NCBI GenBank assembly: GCA_029261135.1
Contig: JAJDBX010000074.1
Coordinates: 92,235 to 156,234 of the forward strand
DNA length: 64,000 nt
From: Nitrospirota bacterium
GTDB taxonomy: Bacteria > Nitrospirota > Nitrospiria > SBBL01 > JAADHI01
Reading direction: 5' to 3'
Shown here: one piece after another, positions 1-10,127 of the stretch
Numbering within the stretch: the stretch's first letter is position 1
Layout: the number at the start of each line of letters is the position of its first letter
Position numbers and translations under genes: made by a program
The notes under the pieces: generated by a model
Databases searched by the model: none
What the model was told of the DNA's origin: nothing
The model's input: only the letters and a program-made list of their open reading frames with translations

Positions 1-812
1 TCAACATTAAAAGAGGCCATCGTGCTGCCATAAATGACCGCTTGTCGGATCGCGGCATCATCCATTTCACCACATTTTGCGAGATAGCCCATGAACCCAC
101 CGGCAAAGGAGTCTCCCGCTCCGGTTGGATCAAACACCGATTCAAGTGGAAAAGCTGGCGCTGAAAACATCGTTTCCTCATTAAACATTAAAGCCCCATA
201 TTCGCCCTGCTTGACGACCAAAATTTTTGGACCAAAAGACATGATCTTTCTCGCCGCTTTGACAAGATTGACTTCATTGGCTAACTCACGTGCTTCACCA
301 TCATTAATGAGCAAAATATCGACAGAGGCCAAGGTCTTAATCAACTCTCCCAACTTTCCTTCGATCCAAAAATTCATTGTATCGCAAGCAACAAGTCTTG
401 GACTTTTGACCTGCCTTAAGACATCAAGCTGTAATACCGGATCAATATTTGCTAAAAAAACAACTGGTGCATCACGATAGGACTCGGGAAGGTTTGGATG
501 GAATGTTTCAAAGACGTTGAGTTCCGTTTCAAGTGTTTTCGCTTCATTGAGTTGATAACTGTACTCTCCCTTCCAGCGGAAGGTTCGACCGGCACTTCGC
601 TCTAGCCCATCGATATTAATGCCACGTTCTTTTAAAAACGTCAGGTGGGCTTCAGGGAAATCATCCCCCACAACAGCGACCAAACTCACATCGGTAAAAT
701 AACTGGCTGCGGTTGAAAAATAGGTTGCTGACCCGCCCAAGACTTCTTCAACTTCACCGAAAGGGGTTTTTACAGAATCAAAGGCAACCGAACCCACAAC
801 CAATAAACTCAT
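1..812 (-). CDS. PfkB-family carbohydrate/nucleoside kinase; C-terminal end lies beyond the window
   Basis: Not in the ORF track because there is no stop inside the window. My reverse translation from the ATG at 812-810 gives MSLLVVGSVAFDSVKTPFGEVEEVLGGSATYF. Near the window edge it gives VFDPTGAGDSFAGGFMGYLA, the PfkB DxTGAGD signature. Confidence 0.8.
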   Translation of the reverse strand, partial: MSLLVVGSVAFDSVKTPFGEVEEVLGGSATYFSTAASYFTDVSLVAVVGDDFPEAHLTFLKERGINIDGLERSAGRTFRWKGEYSYQLNEAKTLETELNVFETFHPNLPESYRDAPVVFLANIDPVLQLDVLRQVKSPRLVACDTMNFWIEGKLGELIKTLASVDILLINDGEARELANEVNLVKAARKIMSFGPKILVVKQGEYGALMFNEETMFSAPAFPLESVFDPTGAGDSFAGGFMGYLAKCGEMDDAAIRQAVIYGSTMASFNV

Positions 813-858
813 TTTTCCTCCATATCCTAATTGAGCGTCTTTAAATAACTGAGCAAAC

Positions 859-1626
859 CTAACACCCTTTCACTGGCGGGCTTGAAGGATTTGCGATTTC
901 CGACATCGCTCGATCCATCTCAGCGACCAGATTTCGAGTGAGCGCCGTGAAAAGATCTTCAACTCTCACACGTTCTAGTTTACCAGGTTCCAAACTTTGC
1001 GCATGGCTAATACCCTTCCAAACAATTTTTCCACAGCGCGCATCCCAAACTTCTCCTCTAAGCACGATGTCTTTCTCTACCGCGTAGGAAATAGGAGACG
1101 GCCCTGAAGAAAAAACATGGACCTTCCCGGCAACACCATCTTCCCCATACTGCAGCCTTTTTGTATGAGTGTGTTTCTCATTTTTGGGCACCTGGGCGAT
1201 AAAGAAATAACGTACGCCTTCGATGACACGCCACTCTCTTAAAGCTTCTTGATCTATGACGCGCCGTTCTTGATACTCCTTCAATAGTTGATTGAGGGTC
1301 TTAAAGCGACCCGAATTTCTGGCGCGTTGAATCACATCCTTTCGAGGGACAATCCGCGCAGAAGGAAATTTGGCGCGTAAACCCTGAAACAATTCGAAAG
1401 CCGCATTCTGTCGGAGTCCATCCGGCCCCCCTTTCAAAACACCCAGAATGGCCATTCCCTCTTCATTCACCGTTTCATTGGAAAAACTAGAACGATAAAG
1501 TGTTGTCTTCACATTTTCTGTGATTGGCGGGAAAGGTTGTCTGAAAGCTTCTTCTGAAGGTACGGTAAAGTATGTCGCACAACCCGATAAGAAAACAAAA
1601 AGTATCATAAAATATTGTCTTTTCAT
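859..1626 (-). CDS. putative lipoprotein, unknown function
   Basis: 255-aa ORF. The N-terminus MKRQYFMILFVFLSGCATY is a signal peptide plus lipobox. The ATG overlaps the mtnP stop (1623-1626). Confidence 0.6.
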   Translation of the reverse strand: MKRQYFMILFVFLSGCATYFTVPSEEAFRQPFPPITENVKTTLYRSSFSNETVNEEGMAILGVLKGGPDGLRQNAAFELFQGLRAKFPSARIVPRKDVIQRARNSGRFKTLNQLLKEYQERRVIDQEALREWRVIEGVRYFFIAQVPKNEKHTHTKRLQYGEDGVAGKVHVFSSGPSPISYAVEKDIVLRGEVWDARCGKIVWKGISHAQSLEPGKLERVRVEDLFTALTRNLVAEMDRAMSEIANPSSPPVKGC

Positions 1627-2492
1627 GAGATATATGCCCCGATCAAAGGTTTCAATTTTTGTTTCAGGTCTTTAGAAATGGCTGTGGCAGGCGTCACAAT
1701 CGCGTTTTTAAGTGCGGCAGAACAAGTACAAGCACGGTCTCCATCTACTTTTTGGACAACGGATTGGAGCAATCTTTTTGAAAAAGTGACGTTCGCACTT
1801 AAAACCTCAAGAATCATTTCAACCGTCACAGGCTCCTCCGAGATATGCCAGCAGTCATAGTCTGTCGAAAGGGCAATCGTGACATAACAGATCTCTGCTT
1901 CACGTGCGAGCTTGGCTTCAGTGGCATTGGTCATCCCAATGACAGACACCCCCCAAGTCCGGTGAATTCCTGATTCACCACGGGTCGAAAATTGAGGCCC
2001 CTCCATACAGAGATAACATCCCCCACGATGCACCATCCCCCCGATCTCTTCAGTCATATTAGCAACTGTTTCCATCATTTCCAGGCAAACAGGATTGGCC
2101 ATACTCACATGCGCCACAAGCCCTTCACCAAAAAAAGTACTCTTCCGTCCCTTCGTCAGATCATAAAATTGGTCTGGGATCACAATATGACCGGGTTCAA
2201 TTTCCTCCTTCATACTGCCGACTGCGCTAACAGAGAGAATGCGCTGTACCCCCAATTTTTTCATCGCAAAAATGTTTGCACGGTAGTTAATCTCAGAAGG
2301 CAAAATCGTATGGTTTTGGCCGTGTCGGGATAAAAATGCCACAGGAACCCCTTCGAGTTTTCCTAAAATAAAATCCCCGGAAGGTAAACCGAAGGGCGTT
2401 TCAATAGAGACAGCCTCAGGTGCTTTGAGTGCCTCCATTTGATAAAGCCCGCTTCCTCCGATAATCCCAATTCTCGCCTTTTGCATATTCAA
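1623..2492 (-). CDS. mtnP: S-methyl-5'-thioadenosine phosphorylase
   Basis: 289 aa. Contains RIGIIGGSGLY, HGQNHTILPSEINYRANI and VIGMTNATEAKLAREAEICY, blocks typical of the MTAP/PNP family. Confidence 0.85.
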   Translation of the reverse strand: MNMQKARIGIIGGSGLYQMEALKAPEAVSIETPFGLPSGDFILGKLEGVPVAFLSRHGQNHTILPSEINYRANIFAMKKLGVQRILSVSAVGSMKEEIEPGHIVIPDQFYDLTKGRKSTFFGEGLVAHVSMANPVCLEMMETVANMTEEIGGMVHRGGCYLCMEGPQFSTRGESGIHRTWGVSVIGMTNATEAKLAREAEICYVTIALSTDYDCWHISEEPVTVEMILEVLSANVTFSKRLLQSVVQKVDGDRACTCSAALKNAIVTPATAISKDLKQKLKPLIGAYIS

Positions 2493-2555
2493 CTTTACTC
2501 CGTTTTTTCTTTCCCGTAGATGGAACGAGATCCTTGCGCAGATAATCAGACGGGA

Positions 2556-3518
2556 TTATATCACACTCAATTCTTTCTTCAAGCGCATTATCCGGTCTGC
2601 ACATTGCTCCGTAGACTCCTCTTCGTCCAGGTCAATCCAGTGAATATTCGGGTCTGAACGAAACCAAGTCATCTGGCGTTTTGAAAAACGTCGTGTATCA
2701 CGCTTTAAGATTGCAATGGCCTCGTCAAGACCCTGCTCTCCCATGAGATGAGGAATCATCTGTCGATATCCCAAGCCACGCATCGCAGGAAGATCGACCG
2801 TGAACCCGGAGGCCAAAAGCCCTTCGACTTCTTCTACAAGGCCCGATTTGATGTAGTACTCCACACGCGTGTTGATCCGCTGATAAAGATCATCCCGATC
2901 CCGTCTTAAGCCAATGATCGTGTGGGCCGTCTTCGCACTCACCTTCATTTCAGCGTCTTCGGAATGGATTTCCGAAAGAAGTCTCCCAGTAAGATGCTTG
3001 ACTTCAAGCGCTCGAATAATCTTTTGTAAATCTTTGGTGTGGATCTTTTCAGCTAAAATAGGATCTACTGTAAGCAGATCACGGTGGAGTCTGCCTTCTC
3101 CTTCTGATTTTTCCCGTTCCCTTAAGCTCTCACGATATTCCCAATCTGCCGGAGGCCCTTCCCAAAGACCGTACAAGAGGGCTTTAATATAAAGGCCGCT
3201 TCCGCCTTCAATCAGAATATTGTTCCCTGTTTGCTCTAAGCGGCCAATCACTCTTTCTGCTGCCCTTTTGTAGGATCCGGCAGAATAAAATTGATCCGGC
3301 GGAATCAAGTCGATGAGGTGACGCTTGACGCGTTTTCTTGCATCGAGACTCGGCTTCCCTGTCCCGATTTCTAACTTTTGGTAAATCTGCCTTGAGTCGG
3401 CAATAATGATATCGGTCTGAAATTGCGCTGCTAAGATCTCTGCCACTGCGCTTTTACCCACAGCAGTCGGACCAACAAGAATCAGCCAGGGTTTCACAGG
3501 GCGTATTTCATCTTCCAT
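2556..3518 (-). CDS. miaA: tRNA dimethylallyltransferase
   Basis: 320 aa. P-loop GPTAVGKSAVA and IIADSRQIYQKLEIGTGKP. Lies directly downstream of mutL, as in the classical mutL-miaA arrangement. Confidence 0.9.
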   Translation of the reverse strand: MEDEIRPVKPWLILVGPTAVGKSAVAEILAAQFQTDIIIADSRQIYQKLEIGTGKPSLDARKRVKRHLIDLIPPDQFYSAGSYKRAAERVIGRLEQTGNNILIEGGSGLYIKALLYGLWEGPPADWEYRESLREREKSEGEGRLHRDLLTVDPILAEKIHTKDLQKIIRALEVKHLTGRLLSEIHSEDAEMKVSAKTAHTIIGLRRDRDDLYQRINTRVEYYIKSGLVEEVEGLLASGFTVDLPAMRGLGYRQMIPHLMGEQGLDEAIAILKRDTRRFSKRQMTWFRSDPNIHWIDLDEEESTEQCADRIMRLKKELSVI

Positions 3519-3543
3519 TCACCGCTCCAGAAAAAACATAGGC

Positions 3544-5403
3544 TCATTTTCTTCGGAAGAGTTTTTCGAGTTCTAATAAAGAATAGCGAATGACAATAGG
3601 ACGTCCATGCGGACAGGTCGGCGGGGTCTTTCGTTCATAATACTTTTGAAGCAGCGCTGTAATCTCAGGGAATGACAGGCTTTGATGCGCCCGAACAGCA
3701 CCGTGACAAGCCATTGAGGCCAAGACGGTACGAATGGATTGATCGATTTTTCCGCTTACGCCAAGATCAATCAAATCGTCTGTGACTTCATTAAGAAAAG
3801 AGTCAATATTCATTTTTGAAATTAAGACCGGGAGTTCCCGAACCAAAAAGGTCGTCTCTCCAAAAGGTTCGATCCGGCATCCAATGGCTTCAAATTGATC
3901 AATATTTTCTTTCAATACTGCACTTTGAGCCAAACTCAGATCAATCTGTTGGGGGATGAGCAAGGCTTGAATCTCAAGTTGATCCCCTTGAGCCACATCG
4001 GTGTTTTCCCACGCGGAAAGCAGTTCTTCATAAATCACCCGTTCGTGGGCCGTATGTTGATCCACAATCGCCAAATCGCCATTAATTTCAGCCAAAAGAA
4101 AAGTGCCATACACTTGCGCCAAAGGCCGAATCAAGGGGATCTCTGTTTCCATCGTGGCATTCAAAACCTTCGCTTTAAAAAGAGAGGAAGGTAGAAATGA
4201 GGGGTCGCGCTCATTTCTACTTCGCTCACGATAGTGACTTCTTTCTTCCTTGAAAATACCGAAATGACCCTCCGGTTTCGATGCATCGGGCCAGCCAAGC
4301 CCTGGGGAGGCCGACGAAGGGGTCTCCCCAGGAAGGGGAGAGAAAGCAGGGCTGCCGTTTTCGTCTTCAAGTTGATGGTTTTCCTCTTGCTGTAAAAGAC
4401 CGATTCCAGCAGAGGAAAGGGTATCTCGGATCGCGTTTCGAATTACTTGATGCACTTGAGACCTGTTTTGAAAACGGACTTCCCGTTTTGCGGGATGGAC
4501 ATTCACATCCACCCCGTTGGGATCAACACTTAGAAAAAGAATAAAAAAAGGCTCCTCTCCCTTCATAAGATAACTCTTGTAGGCTTCATAAACCGCATGC
4601 GTTAAGAGCGCACTCTTGATCGGGCGAAGATTTACAAAAAGGTATTGATCTTTTTTGAAGTTTCGCTTCAAAGGGGGCCGCGAAAAAATAGCATGAAGCG
4701 AAAGTCCTTCCTGTATTTGAAAAGACTCGACTCTCTCCATTGCCCCTGAAATCACCTTCTCGCCTAAAAGCTGAAATGCGCGGGCTTTAAACGAATCACA
4801 GGCAGGCACATCAAAAATAGATCGTGCACCATGCCTTAAACGAAAATGGATTTCAGGGTGAGCGAGTGCCAAATGAAAAAGGGTACGGTTGATGTGTCCC
4901 ATTTCAGTCTGTTGTGACTTTAAAAACTTTTTTCTTGCTGGAACATTATAAAAAAGATCCTTGATTTCAAAAGTCGAACCACTGGGACAACCCACCTTTT
5001 TGACAGACTGAACCGACCCCCCTTCTATTGAGATTTCAATCCCCTCGGATTCCTTCGATGTTCTCGTCACCAAAGACACCTTTGAAACCGAAGCAATACT
5101 AGGCAATGCTTCTCCACGAAAACCCAGTGTTGTGATGGCATCCAGATCCGGCGCTTCATAAATTTTACTGGTGGCGTGACGCTGAAAAGCAAGCGAGGCT
5201 TCTTCATGGGACATGCCTTCTCCATCATCGCTCACTTGAATTAAACGACTTCCACCTTCTAAAATCGAAACAAAGATGCGGCGGCTCTTGGCATCAATGG
5301 CATTCTCAACCAGCTCCTTCACCACAGAAGCGGGACGCTCCACCACCTCGCCCGCGGCGATCTGATTTGATAACGCGACTGAGAGGATTTTAATTTTGCT
5401 CAT
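3544..5403 (-). CDS. mutL: DNA mismatch repair protein MutL
   Basis: 619 aa. N-terminal GHKL motifs IAAGEVVERPASVVKELVENAIDA and DDGEGM. C-terminal part ends in CPHGRP. Confidence 0.9.
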   Translation of the reverse strand: MSKIKILSVALSNQIAAGEVVERPASVVKELVENAIDAKSRRIFVSILEGGSRLIQVSDDGEGMSHEEASLAFQRHATSKIYEAPDLDAITTLGFRGEALPSIASVSKVSLVTRTSKESEGIEISIEGGSVQSVKKVGCPSGSTFEIKDLFYNVPARKKFLKSQQTEMGHINRTLFHLALAHPEIHFRLRHGARSIFDVPACDSFKARAFQLLGEKVISGAMERVESFQIQEGLSLHAIFSRPPLKRNFKKDQYLFVNLRPIKSALLTHAVYEAYKSYLMKGEEPFFILFLSVDPNGVDVNVHPAKREVRFQNRSQVHQVIRNAIRDTLSSAGIGLLQQEENHQLEDENGSPAFSPLPGETPSSASPGLGWPDASKPEGHFGIFKEERSHYRERSRNERDPSFLPSSLFKAKVLNATMETEIPLIRPLAQVYGTFLLAEINGDLAIVDQHTAHERVIYEELLSAWENTDVAQGDQLEIQALLIPQQIDLSLAQSAVLKENIDQFEAIGCRIEPFGETTFLVRELPVLISKMNIDSFLNEVTDDLIDLGVSGKIDQSIRTVLASMACHGAVRAHQSLSFPEITALLQKYYERKTPPTCPHGRPIVIRYSLLELEKLFRRK

Positions 5404-5486
5404 ACAGGATCTTCGCTCACTTTAGGCAGTATTTTAGTCGCTCTTCACGGAGAATACGAGAACAAAAGACAAGAAATTGGGATAAC

Positions 5487-6329
5487 TTACGGGGTTGATA
5501 AGCTTAGGCTATTCAATGCGTCTCTGGCGAGGGCAGCCTCATTAGAATTTGGAAATTGGTTGATGACTTTTTCTAAGAAAAATCTCCCCTCTTTCGGCTT
5601 CTTGAGTTCAAGATAAGAAAACCCCATTTTCAACAAAGATTTAGAAACCTTTTCACTTGCAGGGTAGTGATCAACAACTCTTTTAAAAAAGACAACCGCT
5701 AAGGCGTAAGACGCTTTCGCATAATGACTTTCACCTTGCCAATAAACCGCTTGTGGAACGAGCCGATTACTCGAGTATTGTTTGATAAATGCATCAAAGG
5801 CCAAAATAGCGACACCGTAGTTTCCCTTGACGTAGTCATTATAGGCCAAATTAAAAGCATCGCGCGGTCCGAAGAATTTTTTTTCAGAACCCCCCAAAGA
5901 CAAAGGTGTTTTCTCTTTGGAGGCTTTCTTCCCTGTTTCAAGGACCGATATCCGCTGAGCGAGCGCGTCTAATCGACTCATTAATTCTTTTGTACGAAAG
6001 GACTCTGTTTCAAGTTGGGTTTCAAGCTTTGATAGCTGATGCTGAGATTCGCTCACCTGCCCAGAAAATTCCCGGACATCCACTTCAATGACGCCCAGTT
6101 GAGCGACCAAATCAGCTGAGAGTGCCCGTTGATTTTTTACGATAAGAGAAGGCATGTTCTGATCTCTTTCAAGATTTTCGATCCTCCTTTGGAGTTGGAG
6201 CTGATGGTTTCTCAGCCGTAGGCTAGTGTCTTCAATATCCACCATACTCGACTGAAGGGCACAGCCTGAAACCAAAAGGGAGAACAGCAGTCCCTTCAAA
6301 ATAAAGGCATGAACCTTCGGTTTACGCAC
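5487..6329 (-). CDS. cpoB: Tol-Pal system protein CpoB/YbgF (coiled coil plus TPR)
   Basis: 280 aa. Signal/lipobox LLVSGCA, an N-terminal heptad-rich region and a C-terminal TPR-like block (AFNLAYNDYVKGNYGVAILAFDAFIKQY...). It is the last gene of the Tol-Pal cluster. Confidence 0.8.
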   Translation of the reverse strand: MRKPKVHAFILKGLLFSLLVSGCALQSSMVDIEDTSLRLRNHQLQLQRRIENLERDQNMPSLIVKNQRALSADLVAQLGVIEVDVREFSGQVSESQHQLSKLETQLETESFRTKELMSRLDALAQRISVLETGKKASKEKTPLSLGGSEKKFFGPRDAFNLAYNDYVKGNYGVAILAFDAFIKQYSSNRLVPQAVYWQGESHYAKASYALAVVFFKRVVDHYPASEKVSKSLLKMGFSYLELKKPKEGRFFLEKVINQFPNSNEAALARDALNSLSLSTP

Positions 6330-6344
6330 AAGACCCTCTCAACT

Positions 6345-6968
6345 CTAAGGTTTCGTGATGAAATGGACACGCCGATTCTGCTTCCAGCAGCTTTCGACAG
6401 CTTCTCGGCAAAAGGGTTTCTCTTCTCCAAAACTGGTGGTTTGAATACGATCCTCTTCTACCCCTAAGGCGGCTAAAAATCGTCGAACCGTTTGTGCCCG
6501 ACGCGCACCTAAGGCAAGGTTATACTCATTACTCCCCCGTGAATCGGTATGCCCTTCAATCTGGATCTTCGTGTTGGGGTGAAGGATCAACTTTCTTGCA
6601 TTTTCTTGAAGCACCTCTTTTGAGCCTTTTCGCAAAGTCGCTCGGTCATAATCAAAATAGACATCAAACAAATCTTTCACGGATTCAAGCGTGTTAGATC
6701 CCAAACCTGTCTCAGAAAGGGAACCCCTTTCGACCGGCTCTTCTTCCATTCGACCCGAACCATCAGTCAATCCCAGCGGTTCTTCGCGTACTTCACCAGA
6801 ATCGATGCTCAGGGTATTTCCATCATCCAGTGATTGACTTTCCTGTACATCACTCAGGCCTGCCGAACCGCTTACAGGAAGCGCTTTTTTTGAACAGCTG
6901 GCTTGGAACAATACAAACATTGCAAGAACTGCAATGGCTATCCTTCGTTTATTCATCATCACAATCAC
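6345..6968 (-). CDS. pal: peptidoglycan-associated lipoprotein Pal (OmpA_C domain)
   Basis: 207 aa. Lipobox FQASCS. C-terminal VYFDYDRATL...IQIEGHTDSRGSNEYNLALGARRA is the OmpA/Pal peptidoglycan-binding motif. Confidence 0.85.
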   Translation of the reverse strand: MIVMMNKRRIAIAVLAMFVLFQASCSKKALPVSGSAGLSDVQESQSLDDGNTLSIDSGEVREEPLGLTDGSGRMEEEPVERGSLSETGLGSNTLESVKDLFDVYFDYDRATLRKGSKEVLQENARKLILHPNTKIQIEGHTDSRGSNEYNLALGARRAQTVRRFLAALGVEEDRIQTTSFGEEKPFCREAVESCWKQNRRVHFITKP

Positions 6969-7036
6969 CTCCTTAGATCGTATTATGTAGTTTTATTTAT
7001 GTATAGATGGACTCACTGGCGCAATGAAAGACATTT

Positions 7037-7957
7037 TCACTGAGCCTTCGGGTCCTCTGAGGGTTTTCCTGCCTCAAGACGCTTTATCCGCTTATTTGTT
7101 GTTTTCAGCAAACTCTGTTGTTTATCGACTTGAGAGGTGAGTGTATTCCCAAGCATCTCAAGTGACTGCCGCTGGACATCAATCGCCTCAGTTAAGTCAC
7201 TCAAACGCTTATTCAGCCCCTGAACGTCAATTTGCTCACCCAATTTTTTGACCTGCCACTCGAGATCATCCAGACGGCTTGCAAGTCCGTTGACTGCAGG
7301 GAGCACTTTTTCAACCAACTGAGAGACTTGATCAGAAACCGCTTGAACTGTTTTTTGTTGATCAATTTCCGATTGCTTCAAGCGCGTATTTTCTGCTTGA
7401 ACCCTGTCAATCTGCTTCTGAAGCATTTTGCTCTTCGTGCCATGTTCTAAAAGCTCTTTTCTAAGTAATTCTAATTCTTTCAGGGTAAAGAGATTAATCC
7501 GTGAGACCGCTTCTTTATTCCGATTGGCTTCCTCGTCGATTCTTCCGTGAATTAATCGGCGTTGAATTTCTATTTCGGAAAACCGTTCATCAATATCTGC
7601 GGCTTTTTGTTTGGATTGGATCGCGGCCTGCCCCAAACCTTCATTGGCTTTACCAATACGACCCACGTTCATACGAATCGAGGAAATCTCATCCGCGTGT
7701 TCTTTACGAAGATCAAAAATCGCAACCCGATGATCCGCTTTCATTTTCCGTATATCGCGACGGATCACCATGATGGGATCTTCTTTTTCTGGATCACCAA
7801 TCCGCTTCAGCTCAAGGGTATATCCACAACTCACCATCAGCATCATGGTCGCAAATAAAAAAAGGGAGAGTTGTCGCTTCAAATTGAAGTGATCGGCTTG
7901 AATTCTCAAATATCCAAACTCTGGGCGATGAGAGAAATGGTCATCCCCCGCGATCAC
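7037..7957 (-). CDS. coiled-coil lipoprotein inserted in the Tol-Pal cluster, unknown function
   Basis: 306-aa ORF. A GTG at 7957 overlaps the upstream stop (GTGA). An internal TTG at 7882 would give MKRQLSLFLFATMMLMVSCGYT, a clean lipoprotein signal. The rest is long Q/E/K/L-rich heptad sequence. Confidence 0.55.
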   Translation of the reverse strand: MIAGDDHFSHRPEFGYLRIQADHFNLKRQLSLFLFATMMLMVSCGYTLELKRIGDPEKEDPIMVIRRDIRKMKADHRVAIFDLRKEHADEISSIRMNVGRIGKANEGLGQAAIQSKQKAADIDERFSEIEIQRRLIHGRIDEEANRNKEAVSRINLFTLKELELLRKELLEHGTKSKMLQKQIDRVQAENTRLKQSEIDQQKTVQAVSDQVSQLVEKVLPAVNGLASRLDDLEWQVKKLGEQIDVQGLNKRLSDLTEAIDVQRQSLEMLGNTLTSQVDKQQSLLKTTNKRIKRLEAGKPSEDPKAQ

Positions 7958-8598
7958 TTAACAATAAAATGCGCACGGCGGTTCTTCTGAAAGCAAGGCT
8001 CAACTTGTTCACTACAGATATTCTTTTCTTCACCAAAGCTGATGAATGAAATCCGTGAAGGTGAAACACCCAGGTTGGCCAGATACCGCTTGGTCGACCG
8101 CGCACGTCTTTCCCCTAGTGCCAGGTTGTATTCACTTGTTCCCCGTGCATCACCATGACCTTCAATTTGAATTTTGGCCCTTGAATTCGCCACGAGCCAT
8201 CGTGCATTTTCTGTTAAAATATCCTTTGCGTCACTACGGATTTTCCACGCATCAAAATCAAAATAGACATTTTTAGAAAATGAAGTGGCCCCAGGCGTAG
8301 TCATGCCCGATCCACTTCCAGACGAAGCCATGTTATTGCCGGATTTTGAAATTCCGCTTCCACCAGAGGACGCCATATCTTCACTCCGGCCACTAGAACC
8401 CATTTTACGATCAGAACCATCCTGTGGCGAGGCACTGTCCGAGGCAGCACTTTGTGATGAAGATTGTCCTCCTTGTGCAAGCCCCTCAGATCCTGCTACT
8501 GGAGATACCTTCTTCGCACACCCGATGACGGTCAATGATGAAACAATCACGACCAGTGAAGCAAAGGCCGTTTTAAAATGTGAACTCCGATTAAGCAT
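7954..8598 (-). CDS. second OmpA/Pal-like lipoprotein
   Basis: 214 aa. Lipobox LTVIGCA, an S/G-rich linker, then VYFDFDAWKI...IQIEGHGDARGTSEYNLALGERRA. Confidence 0.8.
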   Translation of the reverse strand: MLNRSSHFKTAFASLVVIVSSLTVIGCAKKVSPVAGSEGLAQGGQSSSQSAASDSASPQDGSDRKMGSSGRSEDMASSGGSGISKSGNNMASSGSGSGMTTPGATSFSKNVYFDFDAWKIRSDAKDILTENARWLVANSRAKIQIEGHGDARGTSEYNLALGERRARSTKRYLANLGVSPSRISFISFGEEKNICSEQVEPCFQKNRRAHFIVK

Positions 8599-8799
8599 TT
8601 GTTTATTCCTCCCCTGATTATTGCTCTATTTATTTCAATGTAGCTAAAAATCTTCACGCGACAACAAACTCTCAAAAAGTAGTATACTCGATCATAAAAT
8701 GGAACCAGACATTTTCGCTGATCATTCTGACAAAAACAAGCACCCGAATCAAGGCGGACAGCTTATTTTTTGATTAATATTCGATTTTTACCTTTTTTT

Positions 8800-10125
8800 T
8801 TAACGAAGAGACCATGACGGGCTGGTATTGTTTGCAGGGTTTGATGTTAATTTACGCATATGGGTTCCATCCAAGTGAATCGAAAAAATCTGACTTTTCC
8901 CCAATCGGTTTGATGAAAAAACCAACTCTCTCCCATTTTGAGCCCACGATGGAGATTCGTCGTCCCAGCGCCCACTTTCAGTAATCGCAATCGATTGTGT
9001 CCCATCGGCACGGTCCGCACAAATCTTCAGTCGCCGGTCTTTATTGCGACAGGCATAGGCAATCCAATCACCTTTGGGCGACCATGTTGGAGATGTATTA
9101 TAGCTCCCATCAAAAGTCAAGCGGTTCACATTTGCACCGTCCACATCCATAATATAAATCTGAGGCCCTCCGCCACGGTCGGATGTAAATGCAATTTGCT
9201 TCCCTGTCGGAGACCATGTCGGAGAAAGATCATCTGCTGAATTGAATGTCAGTCGCTTGAGCCCGGTTCCGTCTCCATGCACTAGGTAAATCTCCGCATT
9301 CCCATCTTTGGTCGTCGCAAAGGCAAGTCGATCTCCGGCAGGAGACCAGGAAGCAGAGAAATTCAAACCGGGATACGACGCAATTTCATTTTTTGATCCT
9401 GTTTTTAAATCAAGAATATAGAGATTCGGGTTACCATTTCGATAAGAGGTATATGATATTTTTTCTCTGTCCGGAGACCACCTCGGAGAAATGGCAATAC
9501 TATTGTCTCTGGTAAAACGAAATTTATTTGCGCCGTCATAATCCATAATATAGACTTCTTTTTTTCCTGAAAGGTCTGAGATATATGTAATTTTTGTCTG
9601 AGCAACTCCTTTTTCTCCCGTAAAATGAAGCGCTAATTTATCAGAAAAACGATGGGCCAAATGACGCAGCTTATTCATTCCACCAAAAATTTTAACCCCA
9701 ACAACCTGATCCCCATTCGCCGTCTCATAGGCATAACTTTCAAGCATCCAGCCATTTTCTTGGGATTCAAGCTTCGCCCAAAGAATCGCCTGTACTCCTG
9801 CTTTTAAAGCCTTCGTTTTCATCGCCATACTCGGGGTTTCGTTGGAATCTACCGACAAACCGATGTCCCTCGTTTCAATGAGCTCAAAAAAATGAGAACG
9901 CTTCAGGTCAGAACGAAGTACATTTTCTACGATCGAAACTTCTTCTTTATTCTCAGGGGTGCTTTGGAAGGGCATAATCATGACAGGAATTTTGCTAAAA
10001 CCCCTACGTTGCATTTTCATAAATACTTCGGCTTCATCCTGTTCGGCTGCATTGATGTCTGCACTATTGATGACTGCACCGGCCAATAAAACAAATATAA
10101 ACATAAAACCCCGTCTTCGGAACAA
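8800..10125 (-). CDS. tolB: Tol-Pal system beta-propeller protein TolB
   Basis: 441 aa. Signal peptide, then repeated PxWSPDG-type blades (PRWSPDREKISY, ASWSPAGDRLAF, PTWSPTGKQIAF, PTWSPKGDWIAY). Confidence 0.9.
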   Translation of the reverse strand: MFRRRGFMFIFVLLAGAVINSADINAAEQDEAEVFMKMQRRGFSKIPVMIMPFQSTPENKEEVSIVENVLRSDLKRSHFFELIETRDIGLSVDSNETPSMAMKTKALKAGVQAILWAKLESQENGWMLESYAYETANGDQVVGVKIFGGMNKLRHLAHRFSDKLALHFTGEKGVAQTKITYISDLSGKKEVYIMDYDGANKFRFTRDNSIAISPRWSPDREKISYTSYRNGNPNLYILDLKTGSKNEIASYPGLNFSASWSPAGDRLAFATTKDGNAEIYLVHGDGTGLKRLTFNSADDLSPTWSPTGKQIAFTSDRGGGPQIYIMDVDGANVNRLTFDGSYNTSPTWSPKGDWIAYACRNKDRRLKICADRADGTQSIAITESGRWDDESPSWAQNGRELVFSSNRLGKSQIFSIHLDGTHMRKLTSNPANNTSPSWSLR

Positions 10126-10127
10126 AT

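Noticed and set aside
91-480. 129-aa plus-strand ORF at the window start.
   Set aside because: It lies entirely antisense to a well-supported PfkB kinase gene (DPTGAGD signature on the minus strand). Its sequence is low-complexity with no motif.
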